Below are positions 19,627 through 29,187 of a stretch of DNA of 29,854 nucleotides, in pieces; within the stretch, counting starts at the first letter, position 1; every line of letters begins with the position of its first letter. This DNA is from Solirubrobacteraceae bacterium (lineage in GTDB: Bacteria; Actinomycetota; Thermoleophilia; Solirubrobacterales; Solirubrobacteraceae): the NCBI GenBank assembly GCA_036262195.1, contig DATAJI010000151.1:1-29854 (forward strand), given 5' to 3'. Below the pieces are notes generated by a model. The model saw only the letters and a program-made list of their open reading frames with translations, ran no database searches and was not told the DNA's origin. The position numbers were made by a program, and so were the translations under genes.

Positions 19627-20187
19627 CTAGCCCAGTGACGACAGCACGCGGCGGTCCCGCTCGTGCGTGAGGACGCCGATTCTCCCCGGTGCGAGCAGGA
19701 ACAGTGCGCCTCGAGCCGGCTTGAGCGCGAGCCAGCGCGCAATCAGGACGCGCAGGAGATGACCGTGCGAGAAGACGAGAACGGTGCCTGTTTCGGGCAG
19801 CTCCGCGAGCACCTGATCGGCGCGAGCGCCGACGGCCGCCGCATCCTCGCCACCAGGACAGCCGTCCCGCCACAGGTCCCACCCCGGCCGCTGCTCGTGA
19901 ATCTGCTCAGTCGTCAGCCCTTCGTAGGCGCCGTAGTCCCACTCGACGAGTTCAGCCCGCTCGCGCGCCAGCCCGCCGAAGCCGGCTAGCTCGGCGGTCT
20001 GCGCCGCGCGGCGCAGCGGGCTGCACCAGACCGCCACAAACGTGTGTCCGGCGAGGCGCTCGGCGAGCGTTGTCGCTGCGGCACGACCGTCCTCGTTCAG
20101 CGGCATGTCGGTGCGGCCGGTGTGTCGGCCGCTCTCCGACCAGTCGGTGTCTGCGTGGCGGACGACGACCAGCTCGCCTGGGCTCAC
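19627..20187 (-). CDS. Histidine phosphatase family protein (Rv3214/Gpm2- and Shb17-like)
   Basis: VVRHADTDWSESGRHTGRTDMPL, SPLRRA..TA, EWDYGAYEG, LWRDGCPGGE and SHGHLLR. The GTG start at 20187 overlaps the pgl stop (GTGA). Confidence 0.85.
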   Translation of the reverse strand: MSPGELVVVRHADTDWSESGRHTGRTDMPLNEDGRAAATTLAERLAGHTFVAVWCSPLRRAAQTAELAGFGGLARERAELVEWDYGAYEGLTTEQIHEQRPGWDLWRDGCPGGEDAAAVGARADQVLAELPETGTVLVFSHGHLLRVLIARWLALKPARGALFLLAPGRIGVLTHERDRRVLSSLG

Positions 20188-20900
20188 GCGATGCCCGTCT
20201 CGGATAGGGCGTCTGCATCGGCGATCACTGTCAGCCGCTCGCGCGCGAGCAAGCTCGATGGGACAGCCGCCGTCGGCTCGCCGAGGGCCTTGGCCAGCGC
20301 GCTCGCCTTGCCCGTCCCGCTCGCCAGCAGCACGCATGAGCGAGCGGCGCGCAGCACCTCGAGTGACAGCGATACGCGATCAGGCGGAGGCTTCGGCGCG
20401 TCGTGCACGGCCACGCAGGCAACGCCGCGCGCGTCGAGTGCCGGGTTGCCCGGGAAAAGCGACGCGGTATGTCCGTCCTCGCCGATCCCGAGGAGCACAA
20501 GGTCAAAGACCGGCACTGCGTCCGAGCCCGCCGGCAGCCGGCTGCGTAGCTCCTGCTCGTAGGCGCTCGCCGCGGCCTCGCCGCCAAGCTCACCGACGAT
20601 CCGGTGCACGACGGCTCCGCGTGCGTGCCCGAGCAACGTCGCCGCGACCATGCGATAGTTGGAATCCGGGTCCTCAGGCCCGACGCAGCGCTCATCGCCG
20701 AACCACAGCTCGACGCCCTCCCAGCTCGGCAGCGAGATCAACACATACGTCCGCTCCGGCGTCGTCCCGCCGTCGAGAGCCACGTGGGCTACGCCGCGTT
20801 CGGCGAGCGCGCCGCCAACCCGCTCGGCGAATAGTGCGGCGGCGGCAACCGACACCGCGCTGTAATCAGCCTCACGAATGATCGTCGGCGCGGCAGTCAT
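20184..20900 (-). CDS. pgl: 6-phosphogluconolactonase
   Basis: ALDGGTTP, WFGDERCV, SNY, LLGIGEDGHTASLFP and PKPPPDRVSL; located in the zwf operon. Confidence 0.93.
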   Translation of the reverse strand: MTAAPTIIREADYSAVSVAAAALFAERVGGALAERGVAHVALDGGTTPERTYVLISLPSWEGVELWFGDERCVGPEDPDSNYRMVAATLLGHARGAVVHRIVGELGGEAAASAYEQELRSRLPAGSDAVPVFDLVLLGIGEDGHTASLFPGNPALDARGVACVAVHDAPKPPPDRVSLSLEVLRAARSCVLLASGTGKASALAKALGEPTAAVPSSLLARERLTVIADADALSETGIA

Positions 20901-21949
20901 TCGAGCAGCGCGCTCGCGCAGCGGAGCGCCTCGCGATAGACGGGGTCGCCGACCAGCGACTGGCGGATCCCCTCGCCGAGGATGCCGCCCTCGCCTCGTG
21001 ACGCGCCGAGCAGGCGCCAGGTCCGCTCCGCGCCGTCGGCGTCGCGCTCGCTCGCCTGCAGGCCGCCCGGCCCACGGTCGAGCGACAGCGAGCTGCCGTC
21101 GCGAAGGGTCAGCGTCAGTCCGGCGAGCCCGGGCACGTTCTGGCCGACCGAGTCGAGCGTCACGTCCACGTCGCCCAGCCGGCCACCGGCGTGGCCCCTG
21201 CCGTCGCGGTGCAGCGGCGCGGCCGGCCAGCTAAGGCGCGAGCCGAACCAACCGCAGATCAGCAGCGCCGCCGCGCCCGAGGCGAAGTGGTGGCGCACCG
21301 CGACGCCTGAGATCTCGCGCAGGCGGACGCGCTTCGCGGGCGGATCGAACATCGTCGCGACCCGTTCGCGCCACGGCGTCGTGCGCAGCCAGGCGAGATC
21401 GACGACATCGCGTGACTCGAGTAGGCCTGCGGCGCGACGCAGTGCCGCCGCGACCTCGGGATCCTCGACAGAGTCGAGCAGCACGCACTGCGAGACGGCG
21501 CGCAGCGCATCAACCGCGTCCCAGTGACCATGAGGGGCCCAGACGAGGGTCGGGATGTCGGTGACGACGAGCGGGTCGATGATCGAGTCCAGGTAGAGCA
21601 GGTGTTCACGACCGACGTCGATCACGATCGTCTCGAACGTCAGCGCCAGCTCGCCGTCGGACGGCGTCGAGTCTGCGGCGACGGTAGCGACCGCGTCGAG
21701 TGTCGTACGCCGCTCGCTCACCGCGCAGACGATCGTGCGCGAGGCGTGGTTACGCCCGACCCGCCGCAGCCGGTTGGCGATCTCGCCGCTCCACTGGCGA
21801 TCGACGATACAAACCAGATTGAGCACCCGCGCGGGAACGTAGGCCGCGCTCTCCGCGTGACGCTCGGCCAGCAACACGCGCAGCGCCGCCTCGATCTCTG
21901 CGGGCGAGGTGTTCTCGGCGGTCCAGACGGTGTCGTTGACCGCAGGCAT
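20897..21949 (-). CDS. opcA: Glucose-6-phosphate dehydrogenase assembly protein OpcA
   Basis: ARVLNLV, H.SRTI, LVVTDIPTLVW, VLLDS, DLAWLRTTPWR and LLICGWFGSRL.W; lies between zwf and pgl. Confidence 0.85.
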   Translation of the reverse strand: MPAVNDTVWTAENTSPAEIEAALRVLLAERHAESAAYVPARVLNLVCIVDRQWSGEIANRLRRVGRNHASRTIVCAVSERRTTLDAVATVAADSTPSDGELALTFETIVIDVGREHLLYLDSIIDPLVVTDIPTLVWAPHGHWDAVDALRAVSQCVLLDSVEDPEVAAALRRAAGLLESRDVVDLAWLRTTPWRERVATMFDPPAKRVRLREISGVAVRHHFASGAAALLICGWFGSRLSWPAAPLHRDGRGHAGGRLGDVDVTLDSVGQNVPGLAGLTLTLRDGSSLSLDRGPGGLQASERDADGAERTWRLLGASRGEGGILGEGIRQSLVGDPVYREALRCASALLE

Positions 21950-21959
21950 CAGCGCGGCC

Positions 21960-23489
21960 TCAGATCGCCCGCCAGCGGTGACCCGGGAGCAGCAGCTCGT
22001 CGGCCTCGTGGGGGCCCTGCGCGCCGCTCGGGTATTGCGCCAGGGGTTTGCGCTGGCGCTCCCACGAGGCGAGGATCGGATCGCAAATCCGCCACTGCGC
22101 CTCGACCTCGTCGTTGCGAGTGAACAGTGTCGCCTCGCCGCGCATCGCGTCGAGGATCAACCGCTCGTAGGCTTCTGGTGACTGCGAGAGGAAGGCGGTG
22201 TTGTAGAGGAACTCCATGTTCACCGGGCGGATCCGCATCCGGGCTCCGGGGACCTTTGCGCCGAGTGATAGCGAGACTCCCTCGTTCGGCTGGAGCGTGA
22301 GCACGAGCTGGTTGGGGCGCACACCGGCCGCGCCGTCGCGTTCGAAGGCGAGATGGGGGACCGGACGCAGCGTCACCGCGATCTCCGTCACCTTGCGTGC
22401 CAGGCGCTTGCCCGTACGCAGGTAAAAGGGGACGCCGGCCCAGCGCCAGTTGTCGACGATCAGGCGCAGCGCGACGTAGGTCTCGGTCCGCGAGTCGGGA
22501 GGCACACCGTCCTCCTCGAGGTAGCCGCGCACGCGCTCGCCGCCGCTGACGCCGGGGGCGTACTGGGCGCGAACGCTCATCTTCGAAACCTCGTCGGGCC
22601 CTGGGGGCCGGATCGCGTGCAGCACCTTGACCTTCTCGTCGCGGACGTCGTCGGCCGCGAACGTGACCGGCGGTTCCATGCTCAGCAGCGTGAGCAGCTG
22701 CAGCATGTGGTTCTGGACCAGGTCGCGCAGCGCACCGGCGTGGTCGTAGTACCCGGCGCGGCTGCCGATGCCGAGGTCTTCGGCGGCGGTGATCTGCACG
22801 TTCTCGATGAAGTTGCGGTTCCACAGCGGCTCGAACATGCCGTTGGCGAAGCGAAACGCGAGCATGTTCTGCACCGTCTCCTTGCCCAGGTAATGGTCGA
22901 TGCGGAAGATCTGCGGCTCGCTGAACACCGACAGCACCTCACGGTTGAGATCCCGCGCTTCGGCAAGCGAGGTGCCAAAGGGCTTTTCGATGATGCAGCG
23001 GACGTCCGCCGTGCTGTTCTCGGCCAGCCCAGCCGCCCCCAGCGCATCGACGATCACGGGGAAGAACTCAGGAGCGGTCGAGAGATAGAAGGCGCGCGCC
23101 ATCGGCTCGCCGGCCGCTGCGTCGAGCTCCTCGAGCGTGCTGGCTAGCTGGCTGTAGCCGGCGGTGTCGTCAAAGGCGAGCGTGACATACCGAAGCCCCG
23201 TCAGCAGGCCCTCGAGCACGCTGTCGTCGGGCGGCGTGCGCGAGAACGCGCGGATCGCCTCCGCAGCCTCGTCGCGGTATTCGGCGTCGCTGAGCTCACC
23301 GCGAGACACGCCGACGAGGTTGAAGCGCTCGGGCAGCGCCCCCTCGTGGGCGAGGTTGTACACCGCGGGCAGCAGCTTGCGCCGCGCGAGATCCCCGGTC
23401 GCTCCAAAGATGACGAGGTTCGTCGGGTGGACGGGCAGCCGCTCGAGACCCTCAGCGAGCGGGTTGTCGAGCTCGACCGCGCTCGCCAC
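21960..23489 (-). CDS. zwf: Glucose-6-phosphate 1-dehydrogenase
   Basis: [33 protein letters not shown] and [13 protein letters not shown]. Confidence 0.98.
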   Translation of the reverse strand: MASAVELDNPLAEGLERLPVHPTNLVIFGATGDLARRKLLPAVYNLAHEGALPERFNLVGVSRGELSDAEYRDEAAEAIRAFSRTPPDDSVLEGLLTGLRYVTLAFDDTAGYSQLASTLEELDAAAGEPMARAFYLSTAPEFFPVIVDALGAAGLAENSTADVRCIIEKPFGTSLAEARDLNREVLSVFSEPQIFRIDHYLGKETVQNMLAFRFANGMFEPLWNRNFIENVQITAAEDLGIGSRAGYYDHAGALRDLVQNHMLQLLTLLSMEPPVTFAADDVRDEKVKVLHAIRPPGPDEVSKMSVRAQYAPGVSGGERVRGYLEEDGVPPDSRTETYVALRLIVDNWRWAGVPFYLRTGKRLARKVTEIAVTLRPVPHLAFERDGAAGVRPNQLVLTLQPNEGVSLSLGAKVPGARMRIRPVNMEFLYNTAFLSQSPEAYERLILDAMRGEATLFTRNDEVEAQWRICDPILASWERQRKPLAQYPSGAQGPHEADELLLPGHRWRAI

Positions 23490-24431
23490 CTAAGTGCCTG
23501 CCTTTTTCACCGCGTGGCCGCCGAACTGGTTGCGCAACGCGGCGAGCACGCGGGCCGCATAGTCGCCGTCCTCGCGCGAGTAGAAGCGGCTGAACAGGGC
23601 CGCGCTGAGCGCCGGCGTTGGGACGTCTCTGTCGATCGCGTCCTGGAGCGTCCAGCGTCCTTCGCCCGAGTCATCGACCCAGCCCTCCAGCTCCGCGAGG
23701 TCGTTGCCGTCGGCATCAAACGCGCGCGCAGCCAGTTCACAGAGCCAGGAGCGGACGACCGATGCCTGGTTCCAAAGGTGGGCGATCTTCGCGTTGTCGA
23801 GCTCGTATTCCGAGGCGTGAAACAACTCGAACCCCTCGGCGTAGGCCTGCATGATCCCGTACTCCACCGCGTTGTGGACCATCTTCACGTAGTGCCCGGC
23901 ACCGCTCGGACCGAAGTGGTGCCAGCCGTACTTGCCGATCGAGTGCAGGCTGTCCTCGCTCGTCGGCGGCGCAAGCACGTCGAGGATCGGCGCCAGCCGC
24001 CGGACCGCCTTCGCCGGACCGCCGACCATCATGCAGTAACCGTTCTCAAGACCCCACACGCCGCCACTGGTGCCGACGTCGATGTAGTGGATCTTGCTCT
24101 TGCGCAGCGCTGCGGAGCGGAGCTTGTCGTCGGTCCAGCGCGAGTTGCCGCCGTCGACGATCGCGTCATCCGCCGACAGCAGCTTGGCGAGCTGATCGAC
24201 CGTCGATTGCGTGGCCTCGCCAGCGGGGACCATGATCCAGACGGTGCGGGGGGCTGACAGCTGCTTGACGAGGTCCTTGAGCGTCGACGCGCCGCTCGCG
24301 CCGCTCTTCTCGGCCCGCGCCACCGCTTTCGGGTCGAAGTCGAACGCCACGACCTCGTGCTCGGAGTCCCGCCGGATTCGCGTGACCATGTTGCCGCCCA
24401 TCTTGCCGAGGCCGACTAAGCCGATCTGCAT
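23490..24431 (-). CDS. gnd: 6-phosphogluconate dehydrogenase, decarboxylating, short (YqeC/Gnd-related) type
   Basis: GLGKMG, DGGNS, DVGTSGGVWG, GAGHYVKMVHNAVEYG, DSGEGRWT and LRNQFGGH; 313 aa. Confidence 0.93.
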   Translation of the reverse strand: MQIGLVGLGKMGGNMVTRIRRDSEHEVVAFDFDPKAVARAEKSGASGASTLKDLVKQLSAPRTVWIMVPAGEATQSTVDQLAKLLSADDAIVDGGNSRWTDDKLRSAALRKSKIHYIDVGTSGGVWGLENGYCMMVGGPAKAVRRLAPILDVLAPPTSEDSLHSIGKYGWHHFGPSGAGHYVKMVHNAVEYGIMQAYAEGFELFHASEYELDNAKIAHLWNQASVVRSWLCELAARAFDADGNDLAELEGWVDDSGEGRWTLQDAIDRDVPTPALSAALFSRFYSREDGDYAARVLAALRNQFGGHAVKKAGT

Positions 24432-27151
24432 CAGAGAGTCTCCTTGATCTGGTTGTGGAGCTTGCGCAGAGCACTAGCGGGATCGCCTTCGAGGCGAACG
24501 ATCTCGGCCGGTAACTTGTGCGCGCGGAGCGTCTCGAGGTCCCCCAGGGCCTGCGCGTTCTTGAGCGTGCGGAAGCTGAACGGCTCGCCTGGTATCTCGA
24601 CGTCCTCGTCGGAATCGCAGATCAGCGACAGGAAGCGACCGATCGGCGCTCCGCCCTTGTGGAGCTGGCCGGTCGAGTGCAGAAAGCGCGGGCCGTAGCC
24701 GAAAGTCGTCGCGAGCTTCGTGCGCTCCATCAGCGTTGCGCGCAGCTCGGCGACAGCTTCGTCGAACTCGACCGAGGGTGTGACGTAGGCCATCAGCGCG
24801 ACGTAGTCACCAGGCTTGCCCCCGCCGAGCAGCGCTGTGATGGCGTCCGCGCTGGCAACCGGCAGCTCCGGCAGCGCGCCTTCCGCCAGCACGCGTTTGG
24901 TCGCGGCTTTGGCCTCGGCGACGTTCGGCTGGTCGAACGGGTTGATCTCGAGCACCCAGCCGGCGACCGCGGTAGCGAACTCGAAACTGAAGAACAGTCG
25001 TCCGAGGTCCTCGGCGGCGCTGACGGTCAGCGTCAGCGTCGGGTGTCCGGAGTCGGCGAGGGCGGCGAGCCGCTCATCAGCCTGCGCGTCGGGCTGCTCC
25101 TCATCGCGCAGCTGGAGGAAGACGCGGTCCAAGCCGTAGGCGTCCGGAGCCAGCAGCGGCTCCTCGGCGACTGGCAGGATGCCGCGGCCGTGCTTGCCGG
25201 TGCTCTCTGCGACGAGCTGCTCGACCCAGAGCCCGAAGCTCGCGACCGCGTCGCCGACGATGAACGTCAGCTTGTCGCGGCCGTGGCGTGCGAGCTCGCC
25301 AAGTGCGAGGCCTAGCCAGAGGCTGGGGTTTGAGGCACTCGAGTCGAAGTGGGCGCAGGGCTGCTCGGCGATCACGGCGCGTTCGAGCAGCGCGTGGACG
25401 GGCGCGCCGATCAGCGCCGCGGGAACGAGTCCGAACAGCGACAGCGCCGAGTAGCGCCCGCCGATATTGGGGTCGTTCTCGAAGCAGGCCCTGAAGCCGT
25501 GCTCCCTCGCCAGCTCAACGAGCGCGCTCCCCGGGTCCGTGACCGCGATGAAATGCTTGCCGTCGGGGACGAGCGCGTGGAAGTGCGCAAACAGCGACAG
25601 GGTCTCGATCGTGCCGCCGGATTTCGTCGACACGACGAACAGCGTGCGCTCGAGATCGATCTGGCGTTGAACATCGAGGATCGCGTCCGGATCGGTCGAG
25701 TCGAGCACGTGGAGGTCGAGCGCATCGTTCGGCGCCCCGAAGGTCCGCCAGAGCACCTCGGGGGCGAGGCTCGAGCCGCCCATGCCGAGCAGCACGGCGT
25801 CCTTGAAGCCGTCGGCCGCGACGCCGCGGGCGAATTCGACGAGCTCGTCGGCGCGTTCGAGCATCGAATCGGAGATTGTCAGCCAGCCGAGCCGGTCGCC
25901 GATCTCCGGCACGCCCGGGCCGCCCCAGAGCGACTCGTCCTTGGCCCAGAGGCGGCGTGCGACGTCTGCTAGCCCGGCCTGCTTGACGCGCTGCGCGATC
26001 CCGCCAGCGAGCTCGCTCGGGATCGAGGCGGCGATCGCGTCGGGGCGTCCCGTGAGCACCGCTTGGCGCGCATTTTCGATTCCGGCGAGCAGCTCGTTCA
26101 TCGGCGTGACGAAGGCAGCGATGCCCTGCTCCAGCAACGTCTTCGTGACGTCGCTCATATCGATTCCCGCCTCTGCGAGCGCGTCGAGGGCAGGACCAGG
26201 GTCGCGTTCGGCGCTGCCGGGCTCGATCTGCCCGCGCTCGGCGACGGCGAGGAGGGTCTTCATCGGCATCGTGTTGACCGTGTAAGGCGCGACGAGATTG
26301 TCGACGTACATCGTCTCGGAGTAGGCCGGATTCTTCGTCCCGGTCGATGCCCAGAGCGGCCGCTGATAGAGCGCGCCGGCCTCGCGCAGGACGGCAAAAC
26401 GGTCGCTGTGGAAGATCTCCTTGAAGCGCTGGTAGGCGGCGCGCGCATTGGCGATCGCCGCCGTAGCGGCGAGGTCGCTGCGTCCGAGCGCCTCCAGTCG
26501 CTTGTCGACCTCCGTGTCGACGCGCGAGACGAAGAAGCTAGCGACCGAGTGCACGTCGAGTGGGAGTCCCTCGGCGTGGCGGCGCTCGAGCCCGCGGATG
26601 TAAGCCTCGGCGATCTCGGTGTACTGCTCGACGGCGAACAACAGCGTGACGTTGACGTTGATGCCTTCGTAGATCGCCTGCTCGATTGCCGGCACGCCGG
26701 CGTCGGTCCCGGGGATCTTGATCATCACGTTTGGGCGGTCGAGCCGCTGCCAGTAGTCGCGCGCCTGGGCAAGGGTGCGCTCGGTGTCGTGAGCGAGGTC
26801 CGGCGCGACCTCGAAGGAGACAAAGCCGTCGCCCTCTTCGTCGTAGACCGGTCGCAGGATGTCGGCGGCGTCCACGACGTCGGCGACCGCGATGCGCTCG
26901 TAGAGCGCCACCGCGCCGAGCCCTTCGCCCGCCAGCTCATGCAGGGTCTCGTCGTAGTCCGTTGAGCCGAGGATCGCCTGCTCGAAGATCGCCGGGTTGG
27001 ACGTGACGCCTTTCAGCGAGCACTCATCGCGCAGCCGACCCAGCTCGCCACTAGTCAGGAGACCACGACGGATCTGATCCAGCCAGGGGGCGGTTCCGGC
27101 GGCGGCGAGTGCCGCGAGGTTCGCGTTTTGGGTGTGGGGGAGGCTTGCCAT
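24431..27151 (-). CDS. tal-pgi: Bifunctional transaldolase / glucose-6-phosphate isomerase
   Basis: N-half: WLDQIRR, GVTSNPAIF, NVMIKIPGT, SVASFFVSRVD and RPLWASTGTK. C-half: LGMGGSSL, STKSGGTIET, GGRYSALS, EQLVAESTGK, PFDQPNV and GPRFLHSTGQLHKGG. Confidence 0.95.
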   Translation of the reverse strand: MASLPHTQNANLAALAAAGTAPWLDQIRRGLLTSGELGRLRDECSLKGVTSNPAIFEQAILGSTDYDETLHELAGEGLGAVALYERIAVADVVDAADILRPVYDEEGDGFVSFEVAPDLAHDTERTLAQARDYWQRLDRPNVMIKIPGTDAGVPAIEQAIYEGINVNVTLLFAVEQYTEIAEAYIRGLERRHAEGLPLDVHSVASFFVSRVDTEVDKRLEALGRSDLAATAAIANARAAYQRFKEIFHSDRFAVLREAGALYQRPLWASTGTKNPAYSETMYVDNLVAPYTVNTMPMKTLLAVAERGQIEPGSAERDPGPALDALAEAGIDMSDVTKTLLEQGIAAFVTPMNELLAGIENARQAVLTGRPDAIAASIPSELAGGIAQRVKQAGLADVARRLWAKDESLWGGPGVPEIGDRLGWLTISDSMLERADELVEFARGVAADGFKDAVLLGMGGSSLAPEVLWRTFGAPNDALDLHVLDSTDPDAILDVQRQIDLERTLFVVSTKSGGTIETLSLFAHFHALVPDGKHFIAVTDPGSALVELAREHGFRACFENDPNIGGRYSALSLFGLVPAALIGAPVHALLERAVIAEQPCAHFDSSASNPSLWLGLALGELARHGRDKLTFIVGDAVASFGLWVEQLVAESTGKHGRGILPVAEEPLLAPDAYGLDRVFLQLRDEEQPDAQADERLAALADSGHPTLTLTVSAAEDLGRLFFSFEFATAVAGWVLEINPFDQPNVAEAKAATKRVLAEGALPELPVASADAITALLGGGKPGDYVALMAYVTPSVEFDEAVAELRATLMERTKLATTFGYGPRFLHSTGQLHKGGAPIGRFLSLICDSDEDVEIPGEPFSFRTLKNAQALGDLETLRAHKLPAEIVRLEGDPASALRKLHNQIKETL

Positions 27152-27177
27152 CGCTGTTGTCCTCTCGAGTCTCTGCG

Positions 27178-29187
27178 TCAGGTTGTGAGTAGCTCGTGCG
27201 CCCGCGTGACGATCGCCTCGGCGGTGATGCCGAAGTGGCGGTAGACGTCGGCGGCTGGGGCGGACGCCCCGAAACTGTGCATTGCGATGATCGCGCCGCG
27301 CTCACCGACGAATCGATCCCAGCCGATCGGGCTAGCTGCCTCGACCGCGATCCGTGGTGTGCCGGCGGCTCCGATCACGCGCTCCTGCTCGTCGATCGCG
27401 AGCTCCGCGAATCGGTCCACACAGGGCATGCTGACGACGCGCACCGCAACGTCCTCGCGACTCAGCTGCTCGGCCGCCTCAAGGCACAGCGAGACCTCCG
27501 AGCCGGTGCCGATCAGCACGACTTCGGGCTCGCCCTCGCAGTCGACCAGCGCGTAGCCGCCGCGCTCGATCGCATCGTCGGGGATCGCCCGAGGGTCGAG
27601 CACAGGTAGGCCTTGGCGCGACAGCGCGAGGACCGTCGGCGTCTCTGTCGCCAGCAGCGCGAAGCTCCATGCGAGGGCGGTCTCGTGCGCGTCGGCCGGT
27701 CGCACGACGTTCACGTTCGGCGTCGCGCGCAGCGCGACCAACTGCTCGATCGGCTGGTGCGTCGGGCCGTCCTCTCCGAGGCCGATCGAGTCGTGGGTGT
27801 AGAGGAAGATCGCGGGCAGTCTGCTCAGCGCCGCGATCCGGACCGCGCCCTTCATGTAGTCCGAGAAGACGAGGAAGGTCGCGCCGTAAGCGCGCAGTCC
27901 GCCGAGCGTGAGGCCATTGACGGTCGCTCCCATGGCGTGCTCGCGTATGCCGAAGTGGAAGTTCCGCCCGCTGTAGTCCGAGCGCGTCACGCTGCCGCCG
28001 TCGGCGATCAGCGTCAGCGTCGAAGGTGAAAGGTCAGCAGAGCCGCCGACGAGTTGCGGCACGAGTGCAGCCGCCACCTGAAGCACCGATTCGGAGGCCT
28101 TGCGCGTCGCGATCTTCTCGCCCGGCTCAAAGCGCTTCAGCAGCCCCTTCGGCAGCTTCGGCACCCGCCGCTCGAAGATGCCCTCGAGCTCGGCGGCTTC
28201 GTTCGGATGGGCGCTCGCGTAGTCGGCGCGCTTTGCCTCCCACTCACGTTGCAGCGCCTCGCCGCTCGGGATCGTGGCGCGGAAGTGTGCGAGCGCCTCC
28301 TCGGGAACGAGAAACGGAGGCTCCGTCGGCCAGCCGTAGAACTCCTTCGTCAGACGTACCTCCTCCTCGCCTAGGGGGGAGCCATGAGCCTCACCAGTGT
28401 CCTGCTTGTTCGGCGAGCCGTAGGCGATGTGGGTGCGGCAGACGATCAGCGACGGGCGGTCGGTGACCGCCATCGCGGCACGTCCGGCCTCCTCGATCCG
28501 TTCAACGGAGATGTCCTCACCGAGGTGCTGCACATGCCAGCCGTAGGCCTCATAGCGCCCGCCGACGTCCTCGCTGAACGCCACGTCGGTATCGCCCTCG
28601 ATCGAGATGTGGTTGTCGTCGTAGTAGGCGATCAGCCGACCGAGCCCGAGGTGGCCGGCAAGCGAGCTCGCCTCCGATGAGATTCCTTCCTCGAGGTCCC
28701 CGTCGGAGCAGATCGTGAACGTGTAGTGGTCGATCAGGGCGTGGGCTGGGCGGTTGTAGCGCGCCGCGAGCATCCGCTCGGCGAGCGCAAGCCCGACGCA
28801 GGTCGAGATGCCTTGGCCGAGCGGGCCTGTCGTTGCCTCGATGCCGGCGGCGTGGCCGTATTCGGGGTGACCGGCGCAGGGCGAGCCAAGCTGGCGGAAG
28901 TTCTTCAGATCGTCGAGCTCGAGGCCGTAGCCGCAAAGGTAGAGACAGCTGTAGAGCAGCATCGAGGCGTGCCCGGCCGACAGCACGAAGCGATCGCGAT
29001 TAGGCCAGGCGGCGTCGACCGGGTTGTGACGCATCAGCCGCGTGTACAGCGTGTAGGCAACCGGGGCGAGTGCCATCGGCGTGCCTGGGTGGCCCGAGTT
29101 GGCCTTCTGCACCGCGTCCATCGCGAGCGTGCGGATCGTGTTGATGCACAGCTCGTCGAGCTCTGCGTCGCGAGCGACTGTTGTCAT
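27178..29187 (-). CDS. tkt: Transketolase
   Basis: [48 protein letters not shown] and [15 protein letters not shown]. Confidence 0.98.
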   Translation of the reverse strand: MTTVARDAELDELCINTIRTLAMDAVQKANSGHPGTPMALAPVAYTLYTRLMRHNPVDAAWPNRDRFVLSAGHASMLLYSCLYLCGYGLELDDLKNFRQLGSPCAGHPEYGHAAGIEATTGPLGQGISTCVGLALAERMLAARYNRPAHALIDHYTFTICSDGDLEEGISSEASSLAGHLGLGRLIAYYDDNHISIEGDTDVAFSEDVGGRYEAYGWHVQHLGEDISVERIEEAGRAAMAVTDRPSLIVCRTHIAYGSPNKQDTGEAHGSPLGEEEVRLTKEFYGWPTEPPFLVPEEALAHFRATIPSGEALQREWEAKRADYASAHPNEAAELEGIFERRVPKLPKGLLKRFEPGEKIATRKASESVLQVAAALVPQLVGGSADLSPSTLTLIADGGSVTRSDYSGRNFHFGIREHAMGATVNGLTLGGLRAYGATFLVFSDYMKGAVRIAALSRLPAIFLYTHDSIGLGEDGPTHQPIEQLVALRATPNVNVVRPADAHETALAWSFALLATETPTVLALSRQGLPVLDPRAIPDDAIERGGYALVDCEGEPEVVLIGTGSEVSLCLEAAEQLSREDVAVRVVSMPCVDRFAELAIDEQERVIGAAGTPRIAVEAASPIGWDRFVGERGAIIAMHSFGASAPAADVYRHFGITAEAIVTRAHELLTT

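Noticed and set aside
20188-20337. N-terminal extension of the histidine phosphatase (236-aa call)
   Set aside because: It overlaps pgl; the RH motif sits near the GTG at 20187, as expected for this family.
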